DNA of 38,842 bases from Octopus bimaculoides. Lineage: Eukaryota. Of this stretch, positions 32,571 to 38,842 are shown one piece after another; positions within the stretch are counted from its first letter, which is position 1; the number at the start of each line of letters is the position of its first letter. A model generated the notes under the pieces. The model searched no databases. It worked only from the letters and a program-made list of their open reading frames with translations, and had not been told where the DNA came from. The stretch is taken from positions 2,856,663 to 2,895,504 of the forward strand of contig NC_068986.1 of NCBI RefSeq assembly GCF_001194135.2, written 5' to 3'. A program made the translations under genes and the position numbers.

Positions 32571-33816
32571 NNNNNNNNNNNNNNNNNNNNNNNNNNNNNN
32601 NNNNNNNNNNNNNNNNNNNNNNNNNNNNNNNNNNNNNNNNNNNNNNNNNNNNNNNNNNNNNNNNNNNNNNNNNNNNNNNNNNNNNNNNNNNNNNNNNNNN
32701 NNNNNNNNNNNNNNNNNNNNNNNNNNNNNNNNNNNNNNNNNNNNNNNNNNNNNNNNNNNNNNNNNATATATATATATATATATATATACATATATACACA
32801 CATACATGTATGTATGTATGTATGTGTGTGTGTGAACTGAGTCATCTAGAGTGAATCACCAATAGCTGATACCAACTCACGACACACGAATTGCCTGTCA
32901 AATACGTTATTCATAAGGCAGTGGTGAAAAAGACCCGGGCCAAGTATACAATTTATGCATGATGAATACGAACGGACATTGATATGAGAAAAAGAGGAAG
33001 TGAAGAGGCACTAATCTTAAAGGAGTGAAAAAGAATTTATTTTATTTTAATTTTTCGGGGGTATATTATAAAAGTATAGCAAGTCTTAGTATGGCATTCA
33101 CGGAAGCATCATGAAATAACCTGGTTCTCATAGAAACGTGTTGCGTAGGTAGTTAGTAGAAGTTACTTTCCTAAAGCTGATGTTTTTTTTAGATTTGTAT
33201 TGCTTTATAATCCTAGAAGGCATCGTAACCGCAGGTTATTCCGGAGGAAGTTGTAAACAACAAATGTCTTGGTTATCATACAAACAAGGAGGTGGGGGGA
33301 CAGTATTTTTTTTAACGACTTAGTCACAAGAGGAAAAGTAGCGATCGTGACCGTTTTCGTGGCATTCGAGACAGTTGTGGAGAGGAATTCATTTCATGCA
33401 CTTACTTACCTCCCTTCCGTTGCGGTCTATCGAAATTCGTTTGTTTTCTTTTGATCGCATGTTTTTGCTTATATTAAAAGAAGGAAGATACCTCAAAATA
33501 TGAGACCTTAAAGAACGAAAATATTTGATAAATATATTATTTACGTTTTCACTGATGTTTTCGATATCATTTTCATGCTATAATGTTTTAGTTTTGTCTT
33601 TAAGTAAATGTGTTACTATAAGTTTCTCAAACTCTCTTTTAAAACTACAAATAAATGTCTTTTAAAGCCGTTTTATTATTATTTTTCTCTAAAATAGTTC
33701 AAAATTGTTATTACTGCATTCGGGATTCTGAGTTTTCGGTTTTTCAAGCTTCCATATTTTGATTTTACAACAACGACGACGAGGACAACGTCGACAAAAG
33801 CAGCAAAAGACATCAA

Positions 33817-34050
33817 CTACAGCAGTGAGAGAAATACTGTTACCAATGATGCCTCTACACAATGTTCATGAAGTCTTTGCACTTTCATGCTAGTTCCATT
33901 ACATAATCCTTGACTGATCGAAAGATCTCTTAGCAACATTACAATAGCCCCTACTTTTAAGTTGAGGCGATGAGGAGGTATACCGGATGGAGTGAGTGAG
34001 TTTATAAATTCAAATGGATAGTTCTGAATCTCCTCTTCATTATTGCAGGA
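33817..34050 (-). mobile_element. Helitron (PIF1-like helicase) fragment
   Basis: EEEIQNYPFEFINSLTPSGIPPHRLNLKVGAIVMLLRDLSISQGLCNGTSMKVQRLHEHCVEA matches the Helitron motif YPxEFLNSLxPSGLPPHxLxLKVG..MLLRNL..LCNGT. Confidence 0.92.
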
Positions 34051-34070
34051 CGCTGAAGAAGTGGCAAAGC

Positions 34071-34150
34071 GAGAGAGAGAGAGAGAGAGAGGAGGACAGA
34101 GAGGAAGCAAGAGAGAGTGAGAGAGAGAAAAAGAGAGAGAGTGAAAGAGA
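34071..34150. repeat. (GA)n purine tract
   Basis: Direct reading; adjoins the Helitron fragment. Confidence 0.9.
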
Positions 34151-34397
34151 CAGCGAGTGGTGACGGCGTTTGTTTTGTGTTTTTAAATGTTTATCACATC
34201 GCAAGAGAAGTAGATACATAGATACATATACACATTGTTAAATCAAAAGGGAGAGAGAAGAGAGACACAAAGGAAGTGAAATAGAAAGAGAGAAAGTGAG
34301 AGAGACAGTAAATACATACATCCAAAGAAAAGTTCATATATAGAAACATAAACACAGCAAATATTGGCTGTCAATTTCACTTTTCATTACCACACGA

Positions 34398-34520
34398 GGA
34401 TAAAATTAACTCACAAATGGCTGAGTACTCCACAGACATGCATAACATTAACGTAGTTCTCAGATTCAGCCTCACACAGAATATGACAAGGCTGGCCCCT
34501 TTAAATTACAGCTACAACCC
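34398..34520 (-). mobile_element. SINE family E internal fragment
   Basis: Closely matches 3515-3640 and has the same left boundary (ataaaattaactc). Confidence 0.75.
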
Positions 34521-34999
34521 GAGACATATATATATATAGATATATGAATGTATTTGTGTGCGTGTATTGTTAAGGTTAGTTAAAACATGTTTGCAATAAT
34601 AAGTGTCGCGTGGTGGAAATAAACGCAATTACTAAACTTTCATTCACAAATCCATTTATTATTTCGTTCTTTTGCGAAAATGCACATTGAGAATAAAAAA
34701 AAGTAAAGGCCTTTTATGAAAAGTAACGAAAGATATATACAATTAGATCAACTGAAGTAGGAATAAAAGTAATAAGAGTCATTATTGTGAGTTGTTAAAG
34801 AGATTTACAAGCATACCGGTTTCGTAAATTACTGTTCACTGGCTTTGAATGCGCACCGATTACCGAACAGTGTCGGGTCTACCAGTCCCTGATTAAAAAG
34901 ATTATGTGTAAGGGAGGTAAGTAGTTCTAGATTTGGTGCAATTAGAGTAGATAGAATGCTGTAATGTGAATGGTGTATGGGACGTATGGGGGTTAGTGG

Positions 35000-36180
35000 T
35001 ATTAATTGAAAGGTTAGTAGTGTTCTGTATTATGTTATGTGTTCATATTTGTGGAAGATATTCATTGATGAAAACTGCCTCGTTATTCATTCTTTGCTGT
35101 ACTGAGGTGTTCTGTGAACATTGATAGAAGGGGAAAATTAGGAAATTAGGATTAAGGTTCCTAGCACACCTTTCTATGTGCTCACTGACCTGTATCTGTC
35201 TGTATTGTGGGTGACGGATTTGTTCTTTGTGGAGAGTGGTTCTTTGACGAGTGATATTCTTGTTTGGCCAATATAATGATTACCACACTCTAAGCATGTA
35301 ATGGCATAGATTAGATTTTCCGAGGCACAGGTGAAATTTGATTTAATCTTAAATATTTCACCTTTATTTAAAGTGGAACTCTGAACCCTCCAAAAGGTGG
35401 GGGCAAGTATCACAGTTAGGTCGACCACATTTTTTCATTTTAGGTCCGTTGTTAATGGATATAGTCTTGCTCTGGTTAATACTTTTTTCAATGATTTCGG
35501 TTGAATTTTGCTTTTGATAATTTTGTGTGAACCTAAAATTTTGTTCATTGTTTTATCTCCTGTGAAGATGGATAGATTTTGGATGATAATGTTAAAGGTT
35601 TCGTCGTTTCTAGGGTTATGTGTGGAGATGTATGGGAGTATTTTTAAGTCTGGTTTAGTATTTTAGTTGACTTCCCATAATGTTCGTTTATCTATTTCCT
35701 TAGCTCGTTTAATGCCATCATTAATTAATGATATTGAGTAATGTCTTTTGATTAGTATTGATCTGAGTTCAAGGAGTCTTCGTTCACGAGTATAGGTGAC
35801 CGAAACTATGATGCAGATTCTTTTCGCTAGATTATCAGGTATATTAATTTTTATGTGTTTGGGGTGGCAGGAGTTGAATAATAGGTATTGTTTTGAATCT
35901 GTGGGTTTATAGAACATGTCTGTTTCGATGTGGTTATTGACTATTTTAATTAGGAAGTCAAGAAAAGGGAGTTGTTTATTGCTGAGCTCCATGGTGTTGT
36001 ATGTTGCTATTAATATTGTTGAGCATTATTTTGAAATCGAGGAGTTCGTCCATGCTATCTTTCCAAAGTATAAAGCAATCGTCCAAATACCTCTTCCAGT
36101 TCTCCTTTAAATAGCAATGAAATGAGGTGCCATATTTTTTGTCGTGATGATTCGTATATTTTAAGTTCTAGGTAACCCAT
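35000..36180 (-). mobile_element. Penelope-like retroelement, 5'-truncated and frameshifted (RT C-terminus + GIY-YIG endonuclease)
   Basis: MGYLELKIY...ENWKRYLDDCFILW (YLDD at 36089-36078), LPFLD...KPTDSKQYLLFNSCHPKHIK, and FTCASENLIYAITCLECGNHYIGQT (CCHH/GIY-YIG region). Confidence 0.92.
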
Positions 36181-37113
36181 TCCAAGGTTCACAATCACTG
36201 GAGCAGCTCGGGTTAGAGCAGTTTATTTCTTATTTCTAGCAATGTAGGTGTTCTAACACCCTTAGTCATATTTGATGACAATTATAGTTTTTCGTTTTGG
36301 TCACACATTGCATACCGCTGCTGTCAACATGTACCTCCTTGCAACAATGTAACCTTTAATCTAATCAAGATATGCTTGGCCTGAAGATTAGCAGGCGATA
36401 TACACCTCACCTGGATGTTACCACTTCCGAGGTTCCGCTCGCTATGAAACATATGTAGCCCAGATCTTTCCTACTTCATTCTGTATCTCGAGTATTATTC
36501 GCACACGCGGCAACCCTGGTCGCCTACCGTGGAATATAAAAAGAACTTTTTCAACTTTTCGTTCTTCGATATGAAAAAGTCCACAACCATCCGTCTTTAT
36601 AAACCACTAGTGTCCCTCCCTGGAAGTTGCTTTTTTTATATTTGTTACGGATCACCCGAAGCTAACTTTCTTCCTACACTTCGATCCCTGATCTTACATT
36701 TATATATATATATATATATATATCATGATTGCATACACGCATATCATTGTTTTATATATGTATACAGGGAGCTGAAAAGCGTGTTGATGAGGTTTATGTA
36801 TTGCGCATTTGTCTATGTACGTGTGTATATATAAAAAAATATTCGAATACATTACATTGAATATTTGTCAATAACTTATGGCTTTGTCCAATATTATATT
36901 CTTGTACACCAAGTAGTATTTCTATGCATGCGATTTCTTCATTTGACTGAGAATTTATAGACTTCCATTGTTCAACGTATCAATGACCTTCCTATGACAT
37001 GTTCAAATACATTAGGATATGCCCCACTCCTTATGTCACCTGGATGTATTTGGTTTATAACTTGAACGTAGATGTATACATATCTGTGTTCCAATTAGAC
37101 ATGCACACGCGTA

Positions 37114-37173
<60 letters not shown>

Positions 37174-37745
37174 NNNNNNNNNNNNNNNNNNNNNNNNNNN
37201 NNNNNNNNNNNNNNNNNNNNNNNNNNNNNNNNNNNNNNNNNNNNNNNNNNNNNNNNNNNNNNNNNNNNNNNNNNNNNNNNNNNNNNNNNNNNNNNNNNNN
37301 NNNNNNNNNNNNNNNNNNNNNNNNNNNNNNNNNNNNNNNNNNNNNNNNNNNNNNNNNNNNNNNNNNNNNNNNNNNNNNNNNNNNNNNNNNNNNNNNNNNN
37401 NNNNNNNNNNNNNNNNNNNNNNNNNNNNNNNNNNNNNNNNNNNNNNNNNNNNNNNNNNNNNNNNNNNNNNNNNNNNNNNNNNNNNNNNNNNNNNNNNNNN
37501 NNNNNNNNNNNNNNNTATTTGAATTTTATATTATTCTGTATTTTTTTTCAGTCACTCTAGTTCATATTTCCACCAGGTTTGTGCCAGATTCGTCTCGTTT
37601 TGCAGCAGCATTTGTCCTCTCCAGTTTGCATTAACCATTGACTTCTTGTATTGAACATTCGTCTTCTTTCTGTAACTCGGTGTTGAGTAGTTTCTCTGTG
37701 GCTGAAGACTTTATGGTCTATTTGACTCACATTTAGCTGTTTTGT

Positions 37746-37779
<34 letters not shown>

Positions 37780-38145
37780 CTGTGTGTGTCTATGTGCGCG
37801 TGTTTGTGTAGTTGCCTCTCTTTCTTCGCTCAGTCAAAAACCCCCTCCTTTTCTTCCTTTACGTCTTCACCCCGACATTTTGATATTAAACACGAATTTT
37901 CCCTTCTCTCATTTTCTTTTTCTCCATCTTCTTCTTTCCCCGCCCCCCTCTGTCTCTTCGTGTCCCTCGCTCACATTTTATAATTGTCTTATTTTCTAGT
38001 ATCAAACTCCCCAAATTACACTTTTCTTTTGTAGGGCTCTACCTTTCTTGATTCTACGTCTCCTTCTCGAAGACTTTCTCCCCGCTATCCCTATATTTCC
38101 CTATCTACTTACCTGACAATCTGCGTTAGTTAATGGTTGACTTTC

Positions 38146-38205
38146 TTTCTTTCTTTCTTTCTTTCTTTCATTCTTTCTTTCTTTCTTTCTTTCTTTCTCT
38201 CTCTC
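38146..38205. repeat. (TTTC)n tetranucleotide repeat
   Basis: Direct reading. Confidence 0.95.
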
Positions 38206-38807
38206 CTTCTACTATTTGAATCTCTCTATTTATCTAATCTACCTCTATATTACTTTTTCTCTCCTCCAAATTTCTCAGTATAGATATGTCTTTCTCTTTT
38301 CAGATGACTTATTTTATCACGTTACAACTCTAATTCTTCCACTCTGTCTTATTTCTATCTTTACTTTTACTCCCTATCTCCACTTTTCTCTCATTCTTTC
38401 TTCTCTTCTCCACCCTTCTCTTAACTCTGTTGAGCTCCCATCTATCCATTTATCTATCTAATTTCTTTTTAAGACTTTCGCTGCCTACATTTTTTGGCAT
38501 AGCTTTCGCTTTCCACATTTCTGTAGTGTGGTACATAGAGGAAAACAAGCAAGCAACAAAAAAAAAGTGGAAGAAATAAGAAGAACAAACACGCAATTTG
38601 GTTCTTTAATGGTAATTATATTCGTTGCAGGTCTATGATTCATTCCGAATTTGTTTCTGACAAGTCGTAGTTGTAATAATCAAGATGTGGTCACTAGTCC
38701 GTATATATTAGTGTTTAATAAAAATGATTCCTCGTCATAAAAATTTAAGCAACATCTATACAGTCTTCTGAGTGAATTTGGTAGACGGAAACTGAAAGAA
38801 GTTCGTC

Positions 38808-38842
<35 letters not shown>

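Noticed and set aside
33193-33454. Possible plus-strand exon (LYCFIILEGIVTAGYSGGSC...) or helicase motif I remnant (RGKVAIVT)
   Set aside because: Acceptor is present but there are no partner exons or convincing homology; neither reading is supportable.
36345-36660. Solo LTR (TGTAAC start, TATA-like ATATAAAA)
   Set aside because: No matching ...CA end, target-site duplication or second copy could be identified.

Overview
AT-rich, repeat-dense eukaryotic genomic DNA with five N gaps. The SINE families and microsatellite density point to a coleoid cephalopod, most likely Octopus (recognition, not a database result). Two spliced protein-coding genes are supported, both on the minus strand. (1) OPA3 has two exons (28978-28840, 23254-22881; 170 aa), with the same phase-1 intron position as human OPA3. 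(2) A multi-exon gene of a family I cannot name is mostly missed by the ORF track. It has phase-consistent exons at 5215-5167, 4978-4774, 3203-3003, 1840-1619 and 944-756, a duplicated alternative exon at 5540-5313/5302, and candidate signal-peptide first exons at 8062-8023 and 13020-12972, giving a putative secreted protein of about 300 aa. A perfect 12-bp RNA stem holds one of its 3' splice sites in the loop. The rest is mobile-element debris: several tRNA-derived SINE families, RTE, CR1, R4/Dong and Penelope-like retroelement fragments, two Helitron remnants and a hAT-like MITE. Two minimal hammerhead-ribozyme motifs have complete cores, and two degenerate ones lie at the 3' ends of Penelope fragments. 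An RTE 3' end with three zinc fingers is nested inside a SINE. Repeat boundaries are approximate.
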